The notes under the pieces: generated by a model
Databases searched by the model: none
The model's input: only the letters and a program-made list of their open reading frames with translations
What the model was told of the DNA's origin: nothing
Virus record (IMG/VR): IMGVR_UViG_2718218131_000003
Span: 1 to 41,280 of that record
Source of the DNA: a virus
Lineage: Duplodnaviria > Heunggongvirae > Uroviricota > Caudoviricetes
Length of the DNA stretch: 41,280 nucleotides
Reading direction: 5' to 3' (one strand)
Part shown: one piece after another, positions 17,724 through 27,910 of the stretch
Position numbering within the stretch: the first letter of the stretch is position 1
Layout: the number at the start of each line of letters is the position of its first letter
Translations under genes and position numbers: made by a program

Positions 17724-18257
17724 ATGAGCGCAAAAATCAAATACGGCCTGTCAGCTGCTGTTCTGGCGCTGATTGCTGCAGGCGCGTCTGCTCCTCAAAT
17801 ACTTGACCAGTTTCTGGATGAAAAAGAGGGTAACCACACTACGGCATACCGCGATGGTTCCGGTATATGGACCATCTGTCGTGGTGCCACAATGGTGGAT
17901 GGTAAGCCCGTCATACCGGGAATGAAGCTGTCGAAGGAAAAATGCGACCAGGTTAACGCTATTGAACGTGATAAGGCGCTGGCATGGGTGGAGCGCAATA
18001 TTAAAGTACCACTGACCGAACCACAGAAAGCGGGTATAGCGTCATTCTGTCCCTATAACATTGGCCCCGGTAAGTGTTTCCCGTCGACGTTTTATAAGCG
18101 GCTGAATGCCGGTGATCGTAAGGGCGCATGCGAGGCGATTCGCTGGTGGATAAAAGATGGTGGGCGCGATTGCCGCATACGTTCAAATAACTGCTATGGA
18201 CAGGTTATTCGTCGTGACCAGGAAAGCGCATTAGCCTGTTGGGGGATAGATCAGTGA
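17724..18257 (+). CDS. R: SAR endolysin (T4 lysozyme-like, GH24) of phage 21 R type
   Basis: 177 aa; N-terminal signal-anchor-release segment ([19 protein letters not shown]); catalytic E-x8-D-x5-T arrangement ([20 protein letters not shown]). Confidence 0.85.
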   Translation: MSAKIKYGLSAAVLALIAAGASAPQILDQFLDEKEGNHTTAYRDGSGIWTICRGATMVDGKPVIPGMKLSKEKCDQVNAIERDKALAWVERNIKVPLTEPQKAGIASFCPYNIGPGKCFPSTFYKRLNAGDRKGACEAIRWWIKDGGRDCRIRSNNCYGQVIRRDQESALACWGIDQ

Positions 18258-18721
18258 GCAGAGTCGCAGCGATTATTTATACTCTGGTTATCTGCACCAT
18301 CGTCTGCCTGTCGTGGGCGGTCAATCATTACCGTGATAACGCCATCACCTACAAAGAACAGCGTGATAAAAAAGTCAGTGAGCTGAAGCAGGTGACCGCC
18401 ACCATCGCTGACATGCAGCAGCGTCAGCGTGATGTTGCTGCGCTCGATGCAAAGTACTCGAGAGAATTAGCCAATGCGAAAGCTGAAAATGAAACTCTGC
18501 GCGCTGATGTTGCCGCTGGTCGTAAGCGCCTGCGGGTCAATGCCAGTTGCTCCGCAGCCGTGCGTGAAGCCACCGGACCCACCAGCGTGGATAATGCAAC
18601 CAGCCCCCGACTGGCAGACACCGCTGAACGGGATTATTTCATCCTCAGAGAACGGTTGATGACAATGCAGAAGCAGCTGGAAGGGGCACAGGACTATATC
18701 CGCACTCAGTGCCTGAACTAA
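18254..18721 (+). CDS. Rz: i-spanin Rz
   Basis: GTG start overlapping the endolysin stop (GTGA); N-terminal TM helix ([17 protein letters not shown]) followed by coiled-coil periplasmic domain. Confidence 0.75.
   Translation: MSRVAAIIYTLVICTIVCLSWAVNHYRDNAITYKEQRDKKVSELKQVTATIADMQQRQRDVAALDAKYSRELANAKAENETLRADVAAGRKRLRVNASCSAAVREATGPTSVDNATSPRLADTAERDYFILRERLMTMQKQLEGAQDYIRTQCLN
18474..18659 (+). CDS. Rz1: o-spanin Rz1 (lipoprotein) embedded in the +1 frame of Rz
   Basis: Signal peptide with lipobox LVVSAC, proline-rich mature part ([24 protein letters not shown]); entirely inside Rz in another frame. Confidence 0.7.
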   Translation: MRKLKMKLCALMLPLVVSACGSMPVAPQPCVKPPDPPAWIMQPAPDWQTPLNGIISSSENG

Positions 18722-19135
18722 GTTTTGCTGATGCGCCGTATCGTCACCGTATTCCTGCATTAACAGAGACCGCAGCCCGACAGGGAGACTCCTCTGCGAG
18801 AGTGTGCGGGGATAATCAAAAACGATACACACCGGGGTTTACCGCGTTAACGGAGCGCGGTGTTGTCCCCTCATAGTCGCCAGTCCGGTGCGATGGTGGA
18901 AGAAACTGGATTTTGTTGCAAATGATAACCATTATCATTTTTTGCGGGTCCTCCTGGTGGGGTGGGCCTGAACACGGGGCGGGCGGCGCGGAAAAAGGCG
19001 CATTTTTTGATTTTTATGGCACCATCACCACCAGTGTAAGTTATTGATATATAGAAAAATAAAAATTTTTAGTGTCGAATCTGGTTGTTTTTTGTTCATC
19101 ACTGGTGTGTGTTTACATAATTTTCAGGGGGAGTT

Positions 19136-19612
19136 ATGGATCGTGAATTAAAAAATCTGCATCTGAATATTTCCCAACTGGCCGCATTATCCGGTGCTCA
19201 TCGACAGACTGTTGCGGCTCGGGTAAAAAACATAAGCCCAGCCGGTGGTCATGAGAGCAATCTCAAACTGTACCGACTGACAGATATCCTTGCCGAGCTG
19301 ATGAAAGCTCCTCTGCCTGTAGATAACAAGGAAATGGATCCTCATGCGCGTAAAGCATGGTACCAGTCAGAACGTGACCGACTGAAATTTGAGCAGGAAA
19401 CTGGTCAGCTTGTGCCAGTCAGTGATGTCAGGCGGTCCTTTTCTGTCGTGGTGAAAGCGATAGTTCAGGTACTGGAAACCTGGCCTGACCGGCTGGAAAG
19501 GGACAGGGGGTGGACCGCATCACAACTGAATGAAGTACAGATTGTGGTTGATGAGATCCGCGATACACTGGAAAAGGCAGTCATTGACTGTTGTGATGAG
19601 GCCGATATGTGA
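19136..19612 (+). CDS. terminase small subunit (Nu1-like, N-terminal HTH)
   Basis: 158-aa ORF with N-terminal HTH (ISQLAALSGAHRQTVAARVKN), directly upstream of and overlapping the large terminase gene; preceded by a cos-like GC-rich segment. Confidence 0.7.
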   Translation: MDRELKNLHLNISQLAALSGAHRQTVAARVKNISPAGGHESNLKLYRLTDILAELMKAPLPVDNKEMDPHARKAWYQSERDRLKFEQETGQLVPVSDVRRSFSVVVKAIVQVLETWPDRLERDRGWTASQLNEVQIVVDEIRDTLEKAVIDCCDEADM

Positions 19613-21732
19613 ATCAGGTGAACGAGAGCCATAGCCGCGCATCCGATATCTGGCGCGAAGTGGCCTCGCTGTTTCGCCCACCCAGCCGGTTACCAGTAGC
19701 GGAAGCCATCAGGCGTTATATGCGGGTTCCACGGGGAGCCAATACTTCCGGTCCGTGGGAGTCATCGCTGACGCCCTATATGATTGACCCCATTAATACA
19801 TTATCAGCCCGTGAATATGACGCGGTGGTGTTTGTGGGACCTGCGCGAACCGGGAAAACCGAAGGGCTGATTGATGGCTGGATTGTGTACGGCATCATCT
19901 GTGATCCGGCGGATATGCTGGTGGTGCAGATGACTGAGACGAAGGCGCGTGAGCATTCCAGAACGCGTCTTTCCAGGACGTTTCGCCACAGTCCGGAGGT
20001 CAGCAAGCGCCTCAGTCCTTCCCGTAATGACAACAACGTCCACGATAAAATGTTTCTTGACGGCTCCTTCCTGAAGATTGGCTGGCCGTCGATCACCGTC
20101 TTTTCCTCTTCGGATTACCGTCGTGTGGCGCTGACGGATTATGACCGTTTCCCTGAAAATGTGGACGGGGAAGGGGATGCCTTCACGCTGGCCTCAAAGC
20201 GTACCACCACCTTTATGTCCTCGGGGATGACCCTGGTCGAGAGTTCACCGGGGCGGGATATCACCGATACCAAATGGCGTTGTGGTGGCGCACATGAGGC
20301 ACCGCCAACAACGGGGATCCTGTCACTGTATAACCGGGGAGACCGCCGCCGGTGGTACTGGCCGTGTCCGCACTGCGGGGAATATTTTCAGCCGGTGATG
20401 GATAACATGACCGGATACCGGAATAACCCGGATTTTGTGGCTGCCGGTCAGGCTGCCCGTCTGATGTGTCCGCATTGTCGCGGGCTGATTGCCCCTGAGC
20501 AGAAACGCGAACTGAATAACCAGGGGATCTGGCTTCGTGAAGGTGAACGGGCGGCGGCGGACGGCAGTATCACCGGAACGCCACGAAACTCCCGGATTGC
20601 GTCATTTTGGATGGAGGGGCCAGCTGCGGCGTTTCAGACCTGGGAACAACTGATTTTTAAACTGCTGGCGGCAGAAGAAGAGTATGAGCGAACCGGCAGT
20701 GAAGAGACCCTGAAAGCGGTGGTGAACACCGATATCGGACGACCCTATCTTCCCCGTTCAGCCACGGAACAGCGTAAAAGTGAACTGCTTGAACAGCGTG
20801 CCGAGCCGTTTCCCCGGCGATCTGTGCCGGATGGTGTGCGTTTTATTGAGGCAACGGTTGACGTACAGGGCGGTAAAAATCGCCGTTTTGTTGTGCAGAT
20901 CACCGGATACGGAGAGCAGGGGGAACGCTGGATTGTTGATCGCTACAACATCCGGCATTCACTGCGCTGCAGTCCCAACGGTGAAAGTCTGCCGGTTGAT
21001 CCGGCGGCATATCCGGAGGACTGGGATTTGTTGCTGACGGATGTGTTCCATAAAACATGGCCGCTGGCTTCTGATCCGGATGTGCGCATGCGTCTGATGG
21101 CCATGGCGGTGGATACGGGAGGGGAAGCCGGGGTGACAGATAACGCCTATCGTTTCTGGCGTCGTTGCCGGAGTGACGGACTGGGCAACAGGGTGTTTCT
21201 GTTCAAGGGGGATGGACTTCGCCGTGACAGGCTGATTAACCGAACCTTCCCGGATAATACCGGCAGAAGTGCCCGCCGTGCCAGAGCCAGTGGCGATGTC
21301 GCGCTGTGGCTGGTTCAGACGGATGCGTTTAAGGATCGTGTAAATAATGCCCTGTGGCGTGACACACCAGGGCCGAACTATATCCACTTTCCCGACTGGC
21401 TGGGGCGGTGGTTTTACGATGAGCTGACCTATGAAGAGCGCGGCAGTGACGGAAAATGGCGAAAACCGGGCAGGGGCGCTAACGAAGCGTTTGACCTGCT
21501 GGTTTATGCGGATGCGCTTGCCGTTCTGCATGGTTACGAAAAGATCCGCTGGCCCTCCGCACCGGACTGGGCACAGCGGGAAACGTGGCTCGTCTTCCCG
21601 CAGGAGCGTTCTGGTGAAACGGTATCCCCGGAACTGACGGCCGGGGCAGAAAAACGCCGTCGCCGGAAGAAAAAACTGCGGACGGAGCGTGCGGAAGATA
21701 ATCCATGGATAACATCAGGAGGCTGGTTGTGA
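19609..21732 (+). CDS. terminase large subunit (lambda gpA-like)
   Basis: 707-aa ORF; N-terminal layout like gpA (SLFRPPSRLPVAEAIRRY...), Walker-A-like GPARTGKTE, C-terminal nuclease region; GTG start overlapping the small-subunit stop. Confidence 0.85.
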   Translation: MNQVNESHSRASDIWREVASLFRPPSRLPVAEAIRRYMRVPRGANTSGPWESSLTPYMIDPINTLSAREYDAVVFVGPARTGKTEGLIDGWIVYGIICDPADMLVVQMTETKAREHSRTRLSRTFRHSPEVSKRLSPSRNDNNVHDKMFLDGSFLKIGWPSITVFSSSDYRRVALTDYDRFPENVDGEGDAFTLASKRTTTFMSSGMTLVESSPGRDITDTKWRCGGAHEAPPTTGILSLYNRGDRRRWYWPCPHCGEYFQPVMDNMTGYRNNPDFVAAGQAARLMCPHCRGLIAPEQKRELNNQGIWLREGERAAADGSITGTPRNSRIASFWMEGPAAAFQTWEQLIFKLLAAEEEYERTGSEETLKAVVNTDIGRPYLPRSATEQRKSELLEQRAEPFPRRSVPDGVRFIEATVDVQGGKNRRFVVQITGYGEQGERWIVDRYNIRHSLRCSPNGESLPVDPAAYPEDWDLLLTDVFHKTWPLASDPDVRMRLMAMAVDTGGEAGVTDNAYRFWRRCRSDGLGNRVFLFKGDGLRRDRLINRTFPDNTGRSARRARASGDVALWLVQTDAFKDRVNNALWRDTPGPNYIHFPDWLGRWFYDELTYEERGSDGKWRKPGRGANEAFDLLVYADALAVLHGYEKIRWPSAPDWAQRETWLVFPQERSGETVSPELTAGAEKRRRRKKKLRTERAEDNPWITSGGWL

Positions 21733-21941
21733 GCACAGAAGAAGCCAGAGAAATGATACAGCGGTACCGTGAAGCGGAAATGGCCGTACTGGAGGGAAAG
21801 TCTGTCACCTTCAACGGGCAGCAACTGACGCTGGAAAGCCTTTCTCAGATCCGCGCCGGACGTCAGGAGTGGGAACGCAGGCTTGCCGCGATGGTGAGCC
21901 GCAGGCGGGGAAAACCGGGATTTAAACTGGCGAGGTTTTAA
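21729..21941 (+). CDS. head-tail joining protein (lambda gpW-like)
   Basis: ~70 aa from a GTG overlapping the terminase stop; C-terminus RRGKPGFKLARF resembles the lambda W C-terminus; sits between terminase and portal. Confidence 0.65.
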   Translation: MSTEEAREMIQRYREAEMAVLEGKSVTFNGQQLTLESLSQIRAGRQEWERRLAAMVSRRRGKPGFKLARF

Positions 21942-23443
21942 TGGCAATTATTGATGATGTGATCGGCGTGTTTTCCCCCGGGTGGAAAGCAGCCAGACTG
22001 CGTTCAAGGGCGTTAATCATGGCCTATGAGGCGGTGAAACCGACCCGGACACATAAAGCCCGGCGGGAAAATCGCTCTGCTGATCAGCTCAGTAAATACG
22101 GTGCGGTTTCCCTGCGGGAGCAGGCCCGTTTTCTGGATATCAATCATGACCTGGTGATTGGTGTGTTTGACAAGCTGGAAGAGCGGGTGATTGGTGCCAG
22201 GGGAATTATTGTGGAGCCTCAGCCATTACGAAAAAACGGGGAAATGGCGGCTGAGCTGGCTGCGGATATCCGCCGTTTGTGGGCTGAATGGTCCGTGAGT
22301 CCGGATGTGACAGGGCAGTATACCCGTCCTGTGCTTGAACGTTTACTGCTGCGGACCTGGCTGCGGGATGGTGAAGTGTTTGCGCAGATGGTCAGTGGTG
22401 CGGGAAACGGTCTGGAACGGACGGCGGGAGTGCCATTCTGGCTTGAGGCGATGGAGCCGGATTTTGTTCCCATGCGCACTGATGAATCCGCCGGACTGAA
22501 TCAGGGGGTTTTTCTTGATGAGTGGGGAAGACCGAAAAAATATCTGGTTTATAAAAATTATCCGGTCAGCGGCCGGCAGAGTGATACGAAAGAAATCGCT
22601 GCCGGAAAAATGATCCACCTGAAGTTCACTCGTCGTCTGCATCAGACGCGAGGCTCATCCATGTTATCGGGGGTGCTGATGCGGATCAGTGCCCTTAAGG
22701 AGTATGAGGATGCGGAACTGACAGCGGCGCGTATTGCTGCGGCGCTGGGACTGTATATCCGTAAAGGTGACGGACAGGACTATGAAGATCCGGGGATCAA
22801 AGAGACTGAGCGGGAAGTCCATATCACCCCGGGTATTATTTATGACGATTTGCGCAAGGGCGAGGATATCGGCATGGTCAAATCTGACCGTCCCAATCCC
22901 AACCTTGAAACTTTCCGCAACGGCCAGTTGCGTGCAGTGGCAGCAGGCAGTCGTCTGAGTTTTTCCAGTGCGGCGCGTAACTATAACGGCACCTACAGCG
23001 CCCAGCGGCAGGAGCTGGTCGAGTCCACGGATGGTTACCTGATCCTGCAGGACTGTTTTATTGGCGCGGTAACCCGCCCGGTGTACCGGACATGGCTGAA
23101 TATGGTGGTTGCGGCAGGTCTGCTGAAAATTCCGGCGGATGTGGAGATGAAAACGCTATATAACGCGACGTATTCCGGTCCGGTGATGCCGTGGATCGAC
23201 CCGGTTAAGGAAGCTGAAGCCTGGAGAATTCAGATCCGGGGTGGTGCAGCGACAGAATCTGACTGGGTGCGTGCCGGTGGGCGCAATCCGGATGAGGTCA
23301 AACGTCGCCGCAAGGCTGAAATTGATGAAAACAGCAGACTGGGGCTGGTCTTTGATACTGACCCCGTCAACGACAAAGGAGGCAACAGTGCCGGAACTGA
23401 ACGACAGTATCAGCGCGACACCGAAAGCCAGCATGAAGAATAA
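21941..23443 (+). CDS. portal protein
   Basis: 500-aa ORF immediately after W and before the protease/capsid gene; size and position of the lambda-family portal. Confidence 0.7.
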   Translation: MAIIDDVIGVFSPGWKAARLRSRALIMAYEAVKPTRTHKARRENRSADQLSKYGAVSLREQARFLDINHDLVIGVFDKLEERVIGARGIIVEPQPLRKNGEMAAELAADIRRLWAEWSVSPDVTGQYTRPVLERLLLRTWLRDGEVFAQMVSGAGNGLERTAGVPFWLEAMEPDFVPMRTDESAGLNQGVFLDEWGRPKKYLVYKNYPVSGRQSDTKEIAAGKMIHLKFTRRLHQTRGSSMLSGVLMRISALKEYEDAELTAARIAAALGLYIRKGDGQDYEDPGIKETEREVHITPGIIYDDLRKGEDIGMVKSDRPNPNLETFRNGQLRAVAAGSRLSFSSAARNYNGTYSAQRQELVESTDGYLILQDCFIGAVTRPVYRTWLNMVVAAGLLKIPADVEMKTLYNATYSGPVMPWIDPVKEAEAWRIQIRGGAATESDWVRAGGRNPDEVKRRRKAEIDENSRLGLVFDTDPVNDKGGNSAGTERQYQRDTESQHEE

Positions 23444-25412
23444 ATCCTGGTTCAGGATGCAAGCTGGGGGGCCGGGTGACGCGGATATTTATATTTATGA
23501 CGAGATTGGTTTCTGGGGAGTTACCGCGAAGCAGTTTGTCAGCGAACTGAATGCACTGGGTGATATCACCCACATTAATCTCCATATCAATTCACCGGGT
23601 GGCGATGTCTTTGAAGGCATCGCCATTTTTAATGCCCTGAAAAATCAGGGGGCGACCATTACCGTGTATGTGGATGGCGTTGCCGCCTCGATGGCATCTG
23701 TGATTGCGATGGCCGGTGATACGGTCATTATGCCGGAAAATGCCTTCATGATGATCCATAAGCCATGGGGATTCAGTGGCGGGGATGCTGAGGATATGCG
23801 CAGTTATGCCGATTTGCTGGATAAAGTCGAATCGGTACTGTTGCCAGCCTATGCGCAGAAAACCGGAAAAACCACCGATGAAATTGCCGCCATGCTGGCG
23901 GATGAAACCTGGATGTCCGGTGCCGAATGTCTGGCACACGGATTTGCTGACCAGGTGACACCCGCTGTTGAGGCAATGGCATGTATTCAGTCAAAACGTA
24001 CAGAGGAATTTAAAAAGATGCCGGAATCCATCCGAAACATGATTACTCCGCCACGCAACAGTGCCCCGCGTGATACCACAGTGACAATCCCTGCACCGGC
24101 GGTAACAGAACCATCACCGGTACCGGCAGTGTCTGATGAGGCGACCATTCGCGCCCGCGTTATGGCAGAACAGAAAGCCCGCATGTCAGGCATTAACGAT
24201 CTGTTTGCCATGTTCGGCGGTCGCTATCAGACGCTTCAGGCACAGTGCGTGGCTGATCCTGACTGTTCGCTGGAAATGGCCCGTGAACGACTGCTGAATG
24301 AAATGGGCAAGGAGTCCTCGCCGACCAACAAAAATACACCGGCCCATATTTATGCCGGAAACGGCAATTTTGTGGGGGACGGGATCCGCCAGGCGATGCT
24401 GGCCCGTGCCGGATTTGAAAATGTCGAGAAGGATAACGCCTATAACGGGATGACCCTGCGTGAATGGGCTCGCATGTCACTGACGGAGCGCGGTATTGGG
24501 GTGGCCAGTTATAACCCCATGCAGATGGTCGGGCTGGCGCTGACGCACAGCACCTCTGATTTTGGCAATATTCTGCTGGATGTGTCGAACAAGGGGCTGA
24601 TCCAGGGCTGGGAGGAATCAGAAGAAACCTTCCAGAAGTGGACCCGTAAGGGACGCCTGTCAGACTTCAAAACAGCGTATCGCGTGGGGATGGGCGGTTT
24701 TGGTTCTCTGCGCCAGGTTCGTGAGGGGGCGGAGTATAAATACATCACCACCTCAGATCGCAAGGAGACCATTGCACTGGCCACTTACGGGGAGATTTTC
24801 TCCATCACCCGCCAGGCCATTATCAATGATGATCTGAATATGCTGGTGGACGTGCCGATGAAGATGGGGCGTGCGGCGAAGGCAACGATTGGTGACCTGG
24901 TCTACAAGGTGCTGACGGATAACCCGAAACTGTCCGACGGTAAGGCGCTGTTCCATGCCGATCACAAAAATATTGCCACCGGGGGGATCTCCGTTTCCGG
25001 ACTGGATGCGGCCCGTCAGATGATGCGCCTGCAGAAAGAAGGCGATCGTGCCCTGAATATCCGTCCGGCCTTTATGCTGGTACCGGTGGCACTGGAGACG
25101 GTGGCGAACCAGACCATCAAATCGGCCAGTGTGAAAGGGGCGGATGCAAACGCCGGTGTCATTAACCCTATCCAGAACTTTGCTGAGGTGATTGCAGAAG
25201 CGCGTCTTGATGCGGCAGACCCGAAAACCTGGTATCTGGCGGCGGCACAGGGCACTGACACCATTGAAGTGGCCTGGCTGGATGGTGTGGACACGCCATA
25301 CATTGATCAGCAGGAAGGTTTCACCACTGACGGCATTGCCACAAAAATCCGTATTGATGCCGGAGTGGCACCACTTGACTGGCGCGGGCTGGTGCGTTCG
25401 TCGGTGGCCTGA
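23433..25412 (+). CDS. prohead protease (ClpP/S49-like) fused to major capsid protein
   Basis: ATG at 23433 overlapping the portal stop; N-terminal ClpP-like domain (INSPGGDVFEGIAIFNAL...VDGVAASMASVIAMAGD...MMIHKP), central Pro/Ala-rich linker, C-terminal ~350 aa capsid-like region. Confidence 0.65.
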   Translation: MKNKSWFRMQAGGPGDADIYIYDEIGFWGVTAKQFVSELNALGDITHINLHINSPGGDVFEGIAIFNALKNQGATITVYVDGVAASMASVIAMAGDTVIMPENAFMMIHKPWGFSGGDAEDMRSYADLLDKVESVLLPAYAQKTGKTTDEIAAMLADETWMSGAECLAHGFADQVTPAVEAMACIQSKRTEEFKKMPESIRNMITPPRNSAPRDTTVTIPAPAVTEPSPVPAVSDEATIRARVMAEQKARMSGINDLFAMFGGRYQTLQAQCVADPDCSLEMARERLLNEMGKESSPTNKNTPAHIYAGNGNFVGDGIRQAMLARAGFENVEKDNAYNGMTLREWARMSLTERGIGVASYNPMQMVGLALTHSTSDFGNILLDVSNKGLIQGWEESEETFQKWTRKGRLSDFKTAYRVGMGGFGSLRQVREGAEYKYITTSDRKETIALATYGEIFSITRQAIINDDLNMLVDVPMKMGRAAKATIGDLVYKVLTDNPKLSDGKALFHADHKNIATGGISVSGLDAARQMMRLQKEGDRALNIRPAFMLVPVALETVANQTIKSASVKGADANAGVINPIQNFAEVIAEARLDAADPKTWYLAAAQGTDTIEVAWLDGVDTPYIDQQEGFTTDGIATKIRIDAGVAPLDWRGLVRSSVA

Positions 25413-25434
25413 TAACCGCGTTATCACAATCACT

Positions 25435-25453
25435 GCCCGAAAGGGCTTTTTTT
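25435..25453 (+). terminator. intrinsic terminator downstream of the capsid gene
   Basis: Hairpin GCCC-GAAA-GGGC followed by TTTTTTT; a second hairpin AGCCCC-ACAG-GGGCT at 25457..25471. Confidence 0.5.
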
Positions 25454-25499
25454 ATGCCTGAAAAACAGCCCCACAGGGGCTGTCCGGAGAAACAGCATT

Positions 25500-25826
25500 A
25501 TGGCGAAAAATTTTGTACAGGACGGTACCACCATTGAACTGGTGAATGCCGGAGATCAGACCATCCTGAGCGGTGCTGCGGTGGTGGTCGGCAGTATGGT
25601 GGCCGTGGCCATTACCGATATTCCTGCCGGTGAGGCCGGTGACGGTTTTGCCGAAGGCGTGTTCCTGCTGCCCAAACAGTCTGCTGACGACATTCAGTCC
25701 GGCGCGGTGGTTTATCTGAAGGACGGGGTTGTGCAGTTGGCTGCCGACGGTGCGGTGGCCGCGGGGGTAGCCTGGGAAAATGCTCCTGCAAACAGCGCCA
25801 CTGTGGCGGTAAAAATCAATGTCTGA
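25500..25826 (+). CDS. head-associated protein (DUF2190-like, possible decoration/stabilisation protein)
   Basis: 108-aa Gly/Ala/Val-rich ORF directly after the capsid gene; assignment by position and composition. Confidence 0.45.
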   Translation: MAKNFVQDGTTIELVNAGDQTILSGAAVVVGSMVAVAITDIPAGEAGDGFAEGVFLLPKQSADDIQSGAVVYLKDGVVQLAADGAVAAGVAWENAPANSATVAVKINV

Positions 25827-26100
25827 TCTGTTTACGCGAATGTGTTGCCGGATGGACGTGGCGACCGTTCGGATGATGGGCAAACAGGCGGAGATTAACG
25901 GCGTCGTGTACGACGTGATGCCGGAGGAAGAGTCCGCGGAGATGGGGGCGCTTTCGGGCAGCCAGTTGTCACTGGTGGTGTTTTCAGCCCGGTACCGTCC
26001 GGCCCGTCATGATGTTGTTGTGTTTGAGGGCCGCACACTGACGGTGACCCGTTATGACACGTACAACGGTAAACCCCGGATTTTTGTCGAACAGGAATGA
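25819..26100 (+). CDS. head completion / head-tail connector protein (FII-like position)
   Basis: 93-aa ORF between the head and gpZ-like genes, overlapping its neighbours. Confidence 0.45.
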   Translation: MSDLFTRMCCRMDVATVRMMGKQAEINGVVYDVMPEEESAEMGALSGSQLSLVVFSARYRPARHDVVVFEGRTLTVTRYDTYNGKPRIFVEQE

Positions 26101-26726
26101 GTATGGCAATAAAAGGTCTGGCGCAGGCCATGAAAAATCTGGATGCAATTGACCGCCGTGCCGTTCCCCGGGCTGCCGCCACGACACTTAACCGTGTGGC
26201 GGAGTCCATCATCGCGAAAACGGCCTCTTCGGTTGCCAGGGAGCTGGCGGTTCCGCGCCGTCTCATCCGTGAGCGTATCCGCCTGCAACGGGCCAGTGCA
26301 GACAGGGTTTATGCGAAGGTCATCATCAACACCGGTAATCTGCCCGCCATAAAACTGGGGACGGCCAGCGTGCGGCTTTCCCGCAGAAAGCGACGAAAGA
26401 AAGGCGAGCGTTCGGTCACGAAAGGCGGTGGCAGTGTGCTGATTGTGGGGAAAAGACGGATCCCGGATGCCTTTATCACCCGGCTGGCTAACGGACGCTG
26501 GCATGTGATGCAGCGTATGCCGTGGGCATCATCGTCCACCGGCGCTGACAGCAAAGGGAGGCCGAAACGCCACCGTCTGCCGACTGAAGTGGTGAAGATT
26601 CCGACTGCCGGACCGCTGGCAGAAACCTTTGAACGTGAACGGGACCGGATGTACCGGGAAAAATTACCGGCGCAGATGATGAAAGCCATGACGCATCAGT
26701 TACGTCTGGTGCTGAAAAGAAAATGA
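26097..26726 (+). CDS. Z: tail completion protein (lambda gpZ-like)
   Basis: 209 aa; aligns to lambda Z as recalled (MAIKGL..., RRKRRKKG, GGGSVL, NGRWHVMQR, VVKIP). Confidence 0.8.
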   Translation: MSMAIKGLAQAMKNLDAIDRRAVPRAAATTLNRVAESIIAKTASSVARELAVPRRLIRERIRLQRASADRVYAKVIINTGNLPAIKLGTASVRLSRRKRRKKGERSVTKGGGSVLIVGKRRIPDAFITRLANGRWHVMQRMPWASSSTGADSKGRPKRHRLPTEVVKIPTAGPLAETFERERDRMYREKLPAQMMKAMTHQLRLVLKRK

Positions 26727-26738
26727 CTGGGAGGGTGT

Positions 26739-27137
26739 ATGAAACACCGTGAAATACGGGCGGCAGTTCTGTCTGCCCTGAAAGAAAATATTTCTGAGAG
26801 GGTGAGCTGGTTTGACGGTCGCCCGGTTTTTATTGATGAACAGGAACTGCCTGCTGTTGCTGTTTACCTGACAGATGCGTCTGCTGCTGACGAGTTCGTT
26901 GATGAGGGAACCTGGGAGGCGACACTGCATATTGAGGTTTTTCTCAGGGCAAAAGAACCGGACTCGGCACTGGATATGTGGATGGAAGAAAAAATTCTTC
27001 CTGCGCTGGAGGCAGTTCCCGGGCTCAGTGCATTACTGCTGAAGATGAATCTTCAGGGGTATGACTACCGCCGGGATGATGAGTTTATGATGTGGGGATC
27101 GGCAGATCTCCTGTGGAAAATTACATACGAGATGTGA
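26739..27137 (+). CDS. U: tail terminator protein (lambda gpU-like)
   Basis: 132 aa; [14 protein letters not shown]...PAVAVYLT...HIEVFL...GYDYRRDD...ITYEM closely parallels lambda U. Confidence 0.85.
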   Translation: MKHREIRAAVLSALKENISERVSWFDGRPVFIDEQELPAVAVYLTDASAADEFVDEGTWEATLHIEVFLRAKEPDSALDMWMEEKILPALEAVPGLSALLLKMNLQGYDYRRDDEFMMWGSADLLWKITYEM

Positions 27138-27144
27138 GGACGAT

Positions 27145-27897
27145 ATGGCAACACCAAATCCCCTTGAGCCGGTAAAAGGTGCCGGTACCACTCTGTGGGT
27201 TTACAACGGCAAGGGTGATGCTTATGCAAACCCGTTGTCAGACGATGACTGGCAGCGACTGGCTAAGGTGAAGGATCTGACGCCGGGCGAGATGACGGCA
27301 GAACCCTACGATGATAACTACCTGGATGATGAAGACGCGGACTGGACCGCGACCGGGCAGGGGCAGAAGTCTGCAGGAGATACCAGTTTTACGCTGGCCT
27401 GGAAACCGGGAGAAGAAGGTCAGAAAGGGCTTATAGGCTGGTTTGAAAGCGGGGATGTGCGGGCCTATAAAATCCGTTTCCCAAATGGCACGGTGGATGT
27501 GTTCCGTGGCTGGGTCAGCAGTATCGGTAAGGCCGTGACGGCGAAAGAAGTGATCACCCGCACGGTGAAAGTCACTAACGTGGGCAAACCTTCCGTGGCG
27601 GAAGAACGCAGCGAAATTACGCCGGCCACTGCAATTAAGGTGACACCGACATCCGGTACGGTGGCAAAAGGGAAAACAACCACCCTGACTGTTTCTTTTG
27701 AGCCGGAAAGTGCAACCGACAAGACGTTCAGAGCGGTTTCCGCCGATCCGTCGAAAGCCACCATTAGTGTGAAAGATATGACAATTACGGTAAACGGCGT
27801 GGCGACAGGTAAGGTGCAGATCCCTGTGGTGAGCGGAAATGGTCAGTTCGCCGCAGTGGCTGAAGTCACCGTTACTGAAGCGGGCGCTGCAGGGTAA
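27145..27897 (+). CDS. V: major tail protein (lambda gpV-like, C-terminal Ig-like domain)
   Basis: 250 aa; long identical blocks to lambda V as recalled ([76 protein letters not shown]). Confidence 0.9.
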   Translation: MATPNPLEPVKGAGTTLWVYNGKGDAYANPLSDDDWQRLAKVKDLTPGEMTAEPYDDNYLDDEDADWTATGQGQKSAGDTSFTLAWKPGEEGQKGLIGWFESGDVRAYKIRFPNGTVDVFRGWVSSIGKAVTAKEVITRTVKVTNVGKPSVAEERSEITPATAIKVTPTSGTVAKGKTTTLTVSFEPESATDKTFRAVSADPSKATISVKDMTITVNGVATGKVQIPVVSGNGQFAAVAEVTVTEAGAAG

Positions 27898-27910
27898 ACG
27901 GAGGTAATAC

